Assembly (NCBI GenBank): GCA_963806185.1
Contig: CAWDXE010000007.1
Span: forward strand, 384,001 to 448,000
DNA from: an uncultured candidate division Zixibacteria bacterium
GTDB lineage: Bacteria > Zixibacteria > MSB-5A5 > GN15 > FEB-12
Length of the DNA: 64,000 nt
Reading direction: 5' to 3'
Position 1 is the stretch's first letter, and each line of letters opens with the position of its first letter. This document shows, one piece after another, positions 1 to 8,634 of this stretch. The translations under genes were made by a program, and so were the position numbers. Under the pieces are notes generated by a model that was not told where the DNA came from, searched no databases, and worked only from the letters and a program-made list of their open reading frames with translations.

Positions 1-56
1 TTTTGGTTGTTTGAAGGCATTACGAAGCTGTTTGAACCTTTGCGGAGGATGAAAAG

Positions 57-389
57 ATGAGCAAACCGATAGATGTCACCGACGAATCATTCGAAAAAGA
101 AGTGATTCAATCCGACCGTCCAGTCATCGTGGATTTCTGGGCCACTTGGTGCGGCCCGTGCAAAATGATTGCGCCTATTCTGGAGGAAGTCGCTCGCGAT
201 ATGGGCGACCGCGTAAAAATCACCAAGCTCGATGTCGATTCGAACAATAGAACCGCCGGCAAATACAACATCATGTCGATCCCGTCATTGCTGTTTTTCC
301 GCAACGGCCAGGTGGTGGATCAGGTCATTGGCGCGATTCCCAAAGCCCAGATTGTCCAGCGTCTCGAAAAAGTGCTGACCGCCGTCTGA
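57..389 (+). CDS. trxA: Thioredoxin
   Basis: 110 aa with the WCGPC active site and the SIPSL cis-Pro motif. Confidence 0.97.
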   Translation: MSKPIDVTDESFEKEVIQSDRPVIVDFWATWCGPCKMIAPILEEVARDMGDRVKITKLDVDSNNRTAGKYNIMSIPSLLFFRNGQVVDQVIGAIPKAQIVQRLEKVLTAV

Positions 390-403
390 TTCTGAACCCT
401 CAT

Positions 404-432
404 GGCCAGGCTCAACACTTCCTGGCCTTTTT
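404..432 (+). terminator. Intrinsic terminator after trxA
   Basis: GGCCAGG-loop-CCTGGCC followed by TTTTT. Confidence 0.75.
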
Positions 433-484
433 ATTGGCGTCAGGACCCTCTCGGGACGGTCAACCGGCTCTGCCATCTCTTTAC

Positions 485-513
485 GGAACTTTTCGACCCG
501 CCCCATTCTTACA
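485..513 (+). promoter_or_regulatory. Possible ECF (sigmaE-like) promoter upstream of the mini-selenoprotein
   Basis: GGAACTTT-N16-TTACA, resembling GGAACTTT-N15-GTACA upstream of the ECF sigma gene at 10013. Confidence 0.35.
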
Positions 514-580
514 GAGATGGGCTCCTTCGGGAGCTCCGTGAAACAGGCGGAATGACCGACAATCAGCACTGGAACAACCG

Positions 581-766
581 ATGGATTTTTACGACATACT
601 CTTTCTCCTGGCCTTTGTGGTGGCTTGGCTCCTGTTGGTCACCAAGGTGTTGCCTCGTTTCGGCGTCGGCACCTGAGTGACTCGAGATTGCCGGCTCCCG
701 GTGGGAGAGATCAAAAAGAAATCTGAGGCCCCGGAATCGCCCGATTCGCCGCCCAAAGCGAATTAA
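581..766 (+). CDS. Putative small membrane selenoprotein (61 aa, TM helix plus U-x-x-x-C)
   Basis: MDFYDILFLLAFVVAWLLLVTKVLPRFGVGT-UGA(674-676)-VTRDCRLPVGEIKKKSEAPESPDSPPKAN-TAA. Hydrophobic helix, Cys four codons after the UGA, and a downstream hairpin. Absent from the ORF track. Confidence 0.7.
677..712 (+). promoter_or_regulatory. Bacterial SECIS-like hairpin
   Basis: CTCCC-GGT-GGGAG at 695-707 with a G-rich apical loop about 24 nt after the UGA, plus possible lower pairing GAT(686-688)/ATC(710-712). Confidence 0.55.
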
Positions 767-830
767 GTCGTCATAACTTCCGGTAAACAGCGACTGGTCT
801 TTGCCGATATACCGTATAATAATGGGCACT

Positions 831-1691
831 ATGCGTAATCAATGGGACAACAGAGCGACCTCCGGCGGCGGTCTGCAGATCGGCCCGGGTGCGCTGTCGC
901 CGTTCATCAAAGTGATGATGATCGTCAACGCGATTGTCTTCCTGCTGCAATACATCCTGCCCCGCTATGCCAACTTCGATATCACCGGGCTGTTCGGTCT
1001 CGTACCCGCCATGTTCTGGGGGCATTTTCCGGCCTACATCTTCCAAGCCTTTACCTACATGTTCCTGCATGGTGGATTCGGCCACATCTTCTTCAATCTT
1101 TTCGCTCTCTGGATGTTTGGTACCGAGATTGAGTACGCCTGGGGCAGCCGGTCATTCGGCCGGTTTTACATCATCTGCGGTCTGGCTGGCGCGCTTCTGA
1201 CCCTGCTCGTCTACCCGCATCAACAAGTGGTCACTATCGGTGCGTCGGGCGCCATCTACGGTGTGCTGGTCGCCTATTGGCTGATGTTCCCCAATCGCGA
1301 TCTCTATTTTTATTTCCTTGTTCCCGTCAAAGTGAAATACGCCATCCCCGGCATGATGATTCTCGGCTACATCTTGAGTGTGACCGGCGGCTCCAATGTC
1401 GCGCACATGGCCCATCTCGGCGGTGCGGCTTGCGGCCTCATATATCTCAAGCTCGATTGGCGCTGGATGCGGCTGGGCGGAAAGCTAAAAGGCTTGCGTT
1501 ACCGCCGTCAAATGGCTAAGCTGGAGAAACGCCGCGAGGCCGCTGCGGATACGATGAAGCGGGTCGACGAAATCCTCGACAAGATCAACGAGGTCGGCAT
1601 AGAAAACCTGAGCAAAAGTGATCGCAAGTTCCTCGAAGACGCGGCTTCCAACTTGCGGCAGGAAAAGGATAGAGCGAGCAACCAGGGGTAA
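831..1691 (+). CDS. Rhomboid family intramembrane serine protease with C-terminal soluble domain
   Basis: FLHGGFGHIFFN, GASG catalytic Ser and AHMAHLGG motifs. C-terminal VDEILDKI...GIENLS tail. Start may be 822 or 831. Confidence 0.93.
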   Translation: MRNQWDNRATSGGGLQIGPGALSPFIKVMMIVNAIVFLLQYILPRYANFDITGLFGLVPAMFWGHFPAYIFQAFTYMFLHGGFGHIFFNLFALWMFGTEIEYAWGSRSFGRFYIICGLAGALLTLLVYPHQQVVTIGASGAIYGVLVAYWLMFPNRDLYFYFLVPVKVKYAIPGMMILGYILSVTGGSNVAHMAHLGGAACGLIYLKLDWRWMRLGGKLKGLRYRRQMAKLEKRREAAADTMKRVDEILDKINEVGIENLSKSDRKFLEDAASNLRQEKDRASNQG

Positions 1692-1697
1692 CACCAG

Positions 1698-2906
1698 ATG
1701 CGCAAGCGGATTCTGATCGCCGAGGCCGGCGACACCGTCCGACAGGCGGCCGAAACGGTCCTCAGACAGCACGGCTTTGAAGTCATCTCCGTCCCGAGCG
1801 CCGAAAAAGCGCGCGAGGTTCTGAATTTCGCCCGTCCCGACCTCCTGCTGGTGGGGGGCTCCCTTCAGACCGCCGACCAGCGCCTCTTTTATGATCGCTT
1901 GCATCACGATCCCAAAACCTCCAGTCTTCCCATGCTGGTCCTTGAACCGTCCGATAAGAAGTCACTCGACTGGCCGGGCGAACTGGTCGTCCACCAACCG
2001 ATCGACCCGAAAGAGCTGATCGACAAAGTTACTACGTTTGTTGCCCACTCGGCCGCTCGCAGCCAGCCGGTGCGCAAGGAAGAATCTCCCATCGGCGGCA
2101 CTGACGTATCGGACGCCTTCCTGGATGAGGCTCTCGGCCTTGACAAACTCGACGTTACCAAGTCGGAAATGTTTGACGGGACAACCAAGATTCGCAAAGG
2201 GCCGAAGGTTACCAAGGACGCCACCATCGGCTATGAACATTCGGTTGAGGAAGACCTCTCCGACTCGTCGCGCGTTGAATCACTTGTCATCCGCGATGAC
2301 AAGGGTGAAATCCACCATCACCCGGCGGGTCCCCAGCCGCCTGTTAACACCAATTCCACCGGCTCGCTCGAAATCATGAAAGACCAGTACGGTCTCACCG
2401 ACCCGGCCGCCTTTAAGCAGAGCCAAGCCCAGCAGCAGGACGCCGATCACGATTACAATTGGTTCGTAAACGCGATGCGCGAGGAGAACACACAGGGCGG
2501 CAAACCGAAGCCGGCGAGTGATTCGTCCCGCATCGCCGTTACCAAGACGTCGGCGTTGGTCGATCCGGTCACGCCGGGACCTGGCGGCGCCGCTGCGGCC
2601 AAACGCACTGAGGGAGTCGAGAAGTTCATCGACGAGTTTAAGAAAGAGATAGAACAACTCCGCTCCAACGACGTCGAGCCGCTCAGTTCCGTGCTCCCGC
2701 CGGGGACCACGGCTCCATCCGAAAAGCAACTGCCCTGGGAAGAGAAGCTGGAGAAGCTCTCCGGTGAGGAAATCGACCTGTTCACCAGGGAATTTGCGCA
2801 TGAACTGGGTGACCGGATCGCCGAACGAATCATCGCTAAAATCGACAGCGACAAGCTTCTCCAAATGCTGAAAGACGAAATCCTCGCCCGCGCTCGAAAA
2901 AAATGA
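1698..2906 (+). CDS. Atypical receiver-domain protein with long low-complexity linker and helical C-terminus
   Basis: N-terminal REC pattern (RILIAEAG...PDLLLVG) lacking the phospho-acceptor Asp. Confidence 0.75.
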   Translation: MRKRILIAEAGDTVRQAAETVLRQHGFEVISVPSAEKAREVLNFARPDLLLVGGSLQTADQRLFYDRLHHDPKTSSLPMLVLEPSDKKSLDWPGELVVHQPIDPKELIDKVTTFVAHSAARSQPVRKEESPIGGTDVSDAFLDEALGLDKLDVTKSEMFDGTTKIRKGPKVTKDATIGYEHSVEEDLSDSSRVESLVIRDDKGEIHHHPAGPQPPVNTNSTGSLEIMKDQYGLTDPAAFKQSQAQQQDADHDYNWFVNAMREENTQGGKPKPASDSSRIAVTKTSALVDPVTPGPGGAAAAKRTEGVEKFIDEFKKEIEQLRSNDVEPLSSVLPPGTTAPSEKQLPWEEKLEKLSGEEIDLFTREFAHELGDRIAERIIAKIDSDKLLQMLKDEILARARKK

Positions 2907-2976
2907 ACCGGGCTCGTCGCCGATTGTATACCCATGAACTGCGCTCATCCTCTAGTCATAGGACAGGCTAATATCC

Positions 2977-3723
2977 GTGTTTGAACAACCTACTGTTGGT
3001 ATCGGTACCGCCATTCTCGCCGGGCTGCTCTCCTTTCTTTCCCCCTGCGTCCTGCCGCTGATTCCCGGCTACCTGTCGTTTATCTCCGGCGTCTCGATGG
3101 ATGATCTGCAGCGTCGCGACCGCTCCAGCGCCCTCACCGGTCGCTTGTTTATCAATACTTTGTTCTTTGTGCTGGGCTTTTCCCTCGTTTTTGTCCTGCT
3201 CGGCGCGACCGCTTCGAGTCTCGGTAAGTTCCTCACCGAAAATCTCTCCCTTTTCAACAAGATTGCCGGCGTGCTGGTCTTCTTGTTTGGCCTGCACGTG
3301 GCGGGTGTATTTCGAGTCAAGGCGCTCAACTACGAGAAGCGTTTTCATCTCGACACCTCCAAACGTCGCGGCCTGCTTGGTTCGTCCCTGATCGGCATTG
3401 CCTTTGCCTTTGGCTGGACTCCCTGTATCGGGCCGATTCTCGGATCAATTCTCGTGCTCGCCGGTCAACAGGCCAGCGTCAATCAAGGCATATTGCTCCT
3501 GTTGTTCTATTCCGCCGGCCTCGGTATTCCGTTCATTATCACCGCCGTTTTGTTCAGCTACCTGATTGGCACTTTCAGTTTTGTCAAGCGCCATTTCCAC
3601 GCGATTGAGATTATTTCAGGCGTCCTGCTCATGATCATCGGCGTGCTCATCTTCTTCAACCTCCTCCAGAGCATTTCGACCTGGATTCTGAATCTTTTCC
3701 CGGCCCTGCAGAATATCGGCTGA
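2977..3723 (+). CDS. ccdA: Cytochrome c biogenesis / disulfide transporter CcdA
   Basis: LSFLSPCVLPLIPGY and FAFGWTPCIGPILG motifs, six TM segments, GTG start. Confidence 0.93.
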   Translation: MFEQPTVGIGTAILAGLLSFLSPCVLPLIPGYLSFISGVSMDDLQRRDRSSALTGRLFINTLFFVLGFSLVFVLLGATASSLGKFLTENLSLFNKIAGVLVFLFGLHVAGVFRVKALNYEKRFHLDTSKRRGLLGSSLIGIAFAFGWTPCIGPILGSILVLAGQQASVNQGILLLLFYSAGLGIPFIITAVLFSYLIGTFSFVKRHFHAIEIISGVLLMIIGVLIFFNLLQSISTWILNLFPALQNIG

Positions 3724-3824
3724 TCGTCGCTTTCAGTGGTAAATCTTGCCGGCCCGTCTTGACTCTGCGCGGGCCGTCTTTTTATATTCGTCACACATAC
3801 ACTCGTTGATATGAGCGCAGGAAT

Positions 3825-4571
3825 ATGGCGTCCAAAAAGAAACTGCAATCGGCGATCGCAATCTGCATACAGGAACCCACCGAAGACGGCTCCTCCATGG
3901 ATCTCGGCATCATCAAGGGAGACGATCTGCGCTTTCTGCATCAGGCGTTCATTACCGATACCATTATCAGCGCGCTGGCGGTCGATGCCGACGTGCGCGC
4001 GTATTACATCGACGCACCGGATCGCAAACGCTTTGTCAAGATTATCACCGAATATCTCAGCAACAAGCTGACCGGCGAGAAACTCGAACACTTCCAGCAC
4101 CGCTACGCCGGTATTGAACTGCCCAAGGAAGGGTGGGGGAGTCGCATCGAGACCGCCTTCAAGGATTGTTTCGCGCAGGGGTATACCAACGTTCTGGTGC
4201 TGGGCAGCCGCACGCCGACCGTCACGCCGCATCAGATGAAGACCGCTCTCAAGATGCTCAAGGAGAGCGATGCGGTCTTCGGCCCGACCCCCGAGGGGCG
4301 ATATTATGCCATCGGCATGTCCGGCGCCTGTAAGGTCAACCTGTCCGAATTCGACTGGAAGTCGGCCAGCATCTATCACGACGTGTCCGGGGCGTTCACG
4401 CAGGAAGGCTTGAGCTGGGCGGAGCTGGAAATCTGGTATGCGGTCGAAGGCCCCGATGAACTCGAGTTCCTGGCCCGGGATATCAATCAATTCCGCTTTG
4501 AGGGTGACGAAGCAACCGCCCACGAAACCGAGAAGGTCATGGAGCGGATCATCGCCCGCCTGGAGATGTAA
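3825..4571 (+). CDS. DUF2064/TIGR04282-like (CofC-like nucleotidyltransferase fold) protein
   Basis: WGSRIETAF...VLVLGSRTP...AVFGPTPEGRYYAIG matches the family pattern G-R..AF...IGSDxP...GPxxDGGYYLIG. Confidence 0.75.
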   Translation: MASKKKLQSAIAICIQEPTEDGSSMDLGIIKGDDLRFLHQAFITDTIISALAVDADVRAYYIDAPDRKRFVKIITEYLSNKLTGEKLEHFQHRYAGIELPKEGWGSRIETAFKDCFAQGYTNVLVLGSRTPTVTPHQMKTALKMLKESDAVFGPTPEGRYYAIGMSGACKVNLSEFDWKSASIYHDVSGAFTQEGLSWAELEIWYAVEGPDELEFLARDINQFRFEGDEATAHETEKVMERIIARLEM

Positions 4572-4576
4572 CCGGC

Positions 4577-5311
4577 ATGGAACGACAACTGCAGCGGTTG
4601 AGCTGGCTGACGGTCCAGCAGATGGTCCCGAAGACCATCGATACCGTCATTCTCCCGGTCGGTACGGTCGAGGCCCACGGTTCATCGTGCCTCGGCACCG
4701 ATAATTTCATCCCCGAGACCATTGCGCAGGGAATCGCCGACCGTCTCAATGCCCTCGTCGCGCCTACCTTGAATTACGGGATCACCCGCTCGCTCTACCG
4801 GTACAACGGCGGTTCGACTATCTCGCCGGCCCTGTACGAGAAGTTTGTGGGTGAGATTCTCGACTCCCTGGCCAACAACGGCTTTCATCATATCATCGTG
4901 ATGAACGGCCATGGCGGCAACAACGCCGCGCTGAAGTCGGCCGCCATGGATTTCCATCAGCGCAAGTCGCGCAATATCGCCGTTATTCACTGGTGGGAAC
5001 TGTGCGACAAGATGACCGAGGATTTCTTTGGCCATCCGGGCGGACACGCCGGCACCGATGAAACCGCGATAATACAGGCGCTCGACCCCGCTCTGGCCGG
5101 TCAGGCCCAGTATGACCCGAAACTGGCCTGGTATTTTCGTCCCGGAGCCGATATTTACCCCGTTCCCGGTTCGATTCTCCTGTATACCGAAGGGCAGGGG
5201 CATCCGAATTACAATCTCGAACAGGCCAAGGCCTATCGCGAGAAAGTCATCGCCACCGTCGGCGACTTTGCCGCTACCGTTATCGATCGCTGGCGCATGT
5301 TTGGCTTGTAG
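4577..5311 (+). CDS. Creatininase / creatinine amidohydrolase family protein
   Basis: LPVGTVEAHG..LGTD, NGHGGN and GHAGTDET motifs. Confidence 0.92.
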   Translation: MERQLQRLSWLTVQQMVPKTIDTVILPVGTVEAHGSSCLGTDNFIPETIAQGIADRLNALVAPTLNYGITRSLYRYNGGSTISPALYEKFVGEILDSLANNGFHHIIVMNGHGGNNAALKSAAMDFHQRKSRNIAVIHWWELCDKMTEDFFGHPGGHAGTDETAIIQALDPALAGQAQYDPKLAWYFRPGADIYPVPGSILLYTEGQGHPNYNLEQAKAYREKVIATVGDFAATVIDRWRMFGL

Positions 5312-5386
5312 ACTCTGGAATGCTTAGACGGTGACTGCCAGTTAAGTCAGCCACCGCCAACCGTCCTCTGCGGGGACGTGTGAGAC

Positions 5387-6232
5387 TTAGAAATGGTCGA
5401 CATAGGTCATGCGGACTTCACGCGTGAACGTGGTCGATTCCCGCCGGTTGACCGCCAGATCCTTCAGGATCAACTCCAGTTCGAAATTATTCGTAAAAAG
5501 CCACTTCACCGACATGTTTAAGTAGCCGCGCCCCTTGCCGGCAAAGACATCAGGTTCGCCATTCGGCAGCGTGCCCCGATTGTCATCGAGCCCGAAATCA
5601 TACTCGATGAGAAACGCAGCGTTGTAATCAAACGTCGCGTCGAAACCGAGGAAGAAATTGACGTCGCTCTCCTCGTCGACGTCGCTCTCCATAGAATAAT
5701 TAATCCCAGCGTGCCAGCTCGATGTCCAGCGGTAGAAATAGACTCCTCGGCTGGCCACGGCAAAGAAACCGGGCGACTTGAAGGTGTACCGTTTGTAATC
5801 ATTGTTGTACGCGCCTGCCCCCTGATCACAATACCCGACCGAAACCGCCGGGAAATACTGGAGCTCGTCAATCAAACGGAACTTGCCGCAGAAGCCCACT
5901 CTGGGGTTCCAGTTGGGTGTCCGGGCCGAAATGACATCCTCGCCGCCGTACGAAACGCCAATCTGCAGGCGGTTGGATAAGCCGATATTGGTGTACCCCA
6001 ATCCGCCGCCGTTGGGATAAATGCGCAACCCCATATCGAAATACCCGCGCGGCAGCGTGCCGGCCGTGGGCCGGTCAACGAGAAACCGGGGCGGGACGTC
6101 GTACAGTGTGTACGGCTTCGTGCGAAAATCACGATTTCCCGAGTTGACGGTGTCGCGCGGATTGCGCTGTTGTGACCAGGCGGAACCGGCCACCACTACC
6201 AACACCAGCGCTATGGTTATTGCCCTTTTCAT
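5387..6232 (-). CDS. Secreted, probable outer-membrane beta-barrel protein (YjbH-domain-like)
   Basis: Signal peptide, DRPTAGTL motif, alternating beta-strand pattern and terminal Phe. Confidence 0.6.
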   Translation of the reverse strand: MKRAITIALVLVVVAGSAWSQQRNPRDTVNSGNRDFRTKPYTLYDVPPRFLVDRPTAGTLPRGYFDMGLRIYPNGGGLGYTNIGLSNRLQIGVSYGGEDVISARTPNWNPRVGFCGKFRLIDELQYFPAVSVGYCDQGAGAYNNDYKRYTFKSPGFFAVASRGVYFYRWTSSWHAGINYSMESDVDEESDVNFFLGFDATFDYNAAFLIEYDFGLDDNRGTLPNGEPDVFAGKGRGYLNMSVKWLFTNNFELELILKDLAVNRRESTTFTREVRMTYVDHF

Positions 6233-6364
6233 CGTACCAAATCCAACTACTTTCGGTGTGCCACTTTTGACGAGTATAGGCCGGGCTGGTTTGCACTGTC
6301 AAAATAAAAACGGGATGGAAGAATGCGACGGGAATTGGACGCTCGGCCGGTGAGGCCGTTTCAG

Positions 6365-7222
6365 TCAGCGAGGAGCGCCGACCAGATTCCAGAAATACTC
6401 GGTCAGTTGGTGGGTTATCGGGCCGGCGGCGAACTCAATCGCCGAACCTGCCTCTTCGATGAGCGCTACCCCCACTACCAGCTTGAGCGAGCTGGAGATG
6501 AAGACCTCGTCCGCCGTGTCGCTGAGGGCGGACAGCGTGGTGTTCGCTTCTTCCACGCCGTACCCGAGTTCAGCGGCGGCTTTCATAACGTTGGCTCGCG
6601 TTACCCCTTCCAGACAACCGGCCGTCAGGGGAGGGGTGAAGACGCTCTTGTCGTGCACCCAGAAGATGTTGGCCGACGATACCTCGGCCACGTTGCCGAC
6701 CTCGTTGAGCAACAGCGCATCGTCGAACCCCTTCAGTTTCGCCTCGCGCAGGGCGGCGGCATGAATGGCGTACGACGTTGTCTTGATGCGGCGGAAGACC
6801 GATTCCTGATCGACTCGAAATGGCGCTGTCAGCAGCCGAAACGGTTTGCGCGGCAGCGTGTGCGGGGCCGCGCTGATGACCACCTGAGGTTCGCCCGGCA
6901 GGCCGGTCCATCGCGCCGCTTCGCCCGAGGTGATCGTCAGGCGAATCTGTTTGACCGGCGCCAAATGGCGGCGAGCCATACCCACAATCCATTCGACCAG
7001 AGTCTCATCGGAAACGGGAATGGTCATCCGGGTGAGCGCCGCGCCGTCGTGCAAACGCTTGAGGTGACCTGGCACAAAGATGATCCTGTCACCGACCGCT
7101 AGAAACGTCTCAAACAGCCCTTCGGCGTAAAGGAACGCGTTGTCGAAGACGGAGACTTTGGCTTCGTCGCGGGTGACAAAACGCCCGTTGATGCTGGTGT
7201 GGGTTTCGAATTCAGGCGTCAT
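6365..7222 (-). CDS. Aminotransferase class IV (PabC/IlvE-like, probable 4-amino-4-deoxychorismate lyase)
   Basis: LYAEGLFET, HLKRL, IKT, EVSSANIF and LEGVTR motifs. Start overlaps the pabB stop (TGATG). Confidence 0.88.
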   Translation of the reverse strand: MTPEFETHTSINGRFVTRDEAKVSVFDNAFLYAEGLFETFLAVGDRIIFVPGHLKRLHDGAALTRMTIPVSDETLVEWIVGMARRHLAPVKQIRLTITSGEAARWTGLPGEPQVVISAAPHTLPRKPFRLLTAPFRVDQESVFRRIKTTSYAIHAAALREAKLKGFDDALLLNEVGNVAEVSSANIFWVHDKSVFTPPLTAGCLEGVTRANVMKAAAELGYGVEEANTTLSALSDTADEVFISSSLKLVVGVALIEEAGSAIEFAAGPITHQLTEYFWNLVGAPR

Positions 7223-8529
7223 CAGACGTTTATCCCCAACGCCCCGAACAGATTGCGGGCCTTGAGCAGCATTTCCTCGTATTCGCGCTCCGGCACGCTG
7301 TCGGCGACGATGCCGCACCCCGCGTGAAGCGTGTAGGCGTCCTCGGTGTGCATGATCGTGCGGATGGCGATGTTGAACTCGGCCTTGTCGCGCGAGATGT
7401 ACCCGATACAGCCGGTGTAGAGGTCGCGCGGGCAGGGCTCAATCTGAGCGAGAATTTCCACCGCCCGGCGTTTGGGCGCACCGGTGATCGACCCGCCGGG
7501 GAAGAGGGCGGCGAAGATATCGTCGTAGGATAAGCCGGGGCGCAACGTAGCCGAGATATCGCTCACCAGATGAATGAGCGACGAGAAGATTTCAGTGCGA
7601 AAGAGCGAATCGACCCTGACTGTGCCCGTCCGGGCGATCCTGCCCAGGTCGTTGCGCAGCAGATCGACAATCATGAGCAGCTCGGCGCGGTCTTTCTCGG
7701 AATGAAGCAAGGCTTCGGCACGCTCCTGATCCTCTTTGGGTGACCGGCCGCGCGCGCTCGTACCTTTAATCGGACAGGTGGTGATTCGATCCTGCTCGCG
7801 GTAGAACATGCGCTCGGGCGAGGAGGACAGTACCTGGCGATCACCAAAGTTCAGGAAGGCCCCATACGGAGACGGATTGAGCTGTCGCAGACGATTGTAT
7901 ACCGACCAAGGGGCGACCGGCGCGGGGATTTCAAACCGGCAGGTCAAGTTCGCCTGATAGATGTCGCCTTCGTGGATATGGTCCTTGACCCGGCGAACGG
8001 CGTCGATGTACGCGTCCTTGGTGAACGATTCCCGGTGCGGCGGTGGCGTGGCGATGGTGCTGTTGCCGCTCGTGTCGATGGCCGGATGCTCGGCCAGCCA
8101 CTCGCGTGGCACCGGCTCGACGAAGCGTGCGTTGTCATGGTCGAATACGGCCACCTGATCGTAGAGGCAGAAGTGCGCGTCGGGCCAGGCGGTCTGGGCG
8201 GCCGGGCGAGGAAGCTGCACGAATGGGTACATTCCCTCGTAGCTGACATACCCGATGGCGAAGAGGCCGTCGTTGATGAAATCGGTCAGGTGGCGATAGA
8301 ACCTTTCGCCCCGCAATTTGGCCGATTCGACCCCTCCTGAGATGAGCAGCCACTCACGGTCGTACAGCACCACCTCGGCAACCGGGGCACAAGCCAAAAT
8401 CGAGTACCGCCCCCGGTCGGCGTACCGCAGGGTGGAATCCAGCCAGACGGCACCGGGCAGAGAGGCCAGGTGCGCGAACACAAGCTCGGGCGTGACCGGC
8501 ACGACCGGTTTTGGGGTGATTCGCGGCAT
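7222..8529 (-). CDS. pabB: Aminodeoxychorismate synthase component I
   Basis: GDIYQANL, SSSPERM, PIKGT, AELLMIVDLLRNDLG and FPGGSITGAPK motifs. Confidence 0.9.
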   Translation of the reverse strand: MPRITPKPVVPVTPELVFAHLASLPGAVWLDSTLRYADRGRYSILACAPVAEVVLYDREWLLISGGVESAKLRGERFYRHLTDFINDGLFAIGYVSYEGMYPFVQLPRPAAQTAWPDAHFCLYDQVAVFDHDNARFVEPVPREWLAEHPAIDTSGNSTIATPPPHRESFTKDAYIDAVRRVKDHIHEGDIYQANLTCRFEIPAPVAPWSVYNRLRQLNPSPYGAFLNFGDRQVLSSSPERMFYREQDRITTCPIKGTSARGRSPKEDQERAEALLHSEKDRAELLMIVDLLRNDLGRIARTGTVRVDSLFRTEIFSSLIHLVSDISATLRPGLSYDDIFAALFPGGSITGAPKRRAVEILAQIEPCPRDLYTGCIGYISRDKAEFNIAIRTIMHTEDAYTLHAGCGIVADSVPEREYEEMLLKARNLFGALGINV

Positions 8530-8599
8530 GGTAGACAAAAGCTATGTCGCCGGAGCGCAATGTCAAGCATAGTCATATCTCGATAAGTCTGACCTTCAT

Positions 8600-8634
8600 T
8601 TGACAGGAGGGCTCAACACCGGTTTATTGGACCG
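8600..8634 (+). promoter_or_regulatory. Sigma70-type promoter for a probable leaderless transcript
   Basis: TTGACA-N17-TTTATT-N6-GTG start. A divergent TTGACA-N16-TAGCTT on the minus strand (8566-8539) precedes pabB. Confidence 0.55.

Noticed and set aside
402..680. 92-aa ORF in the track after trxA
   Set aside because: It starts inside the trxA terminator, has no protein-like features and overlaps the better-supported 581-766 frame.
6365..8529. pabB and pabC-like genes without pabA as a novel pathway
   Set aside because: The glutamine amidotransferase subunit is commonly shared with TrpG and encoded elsewhere.
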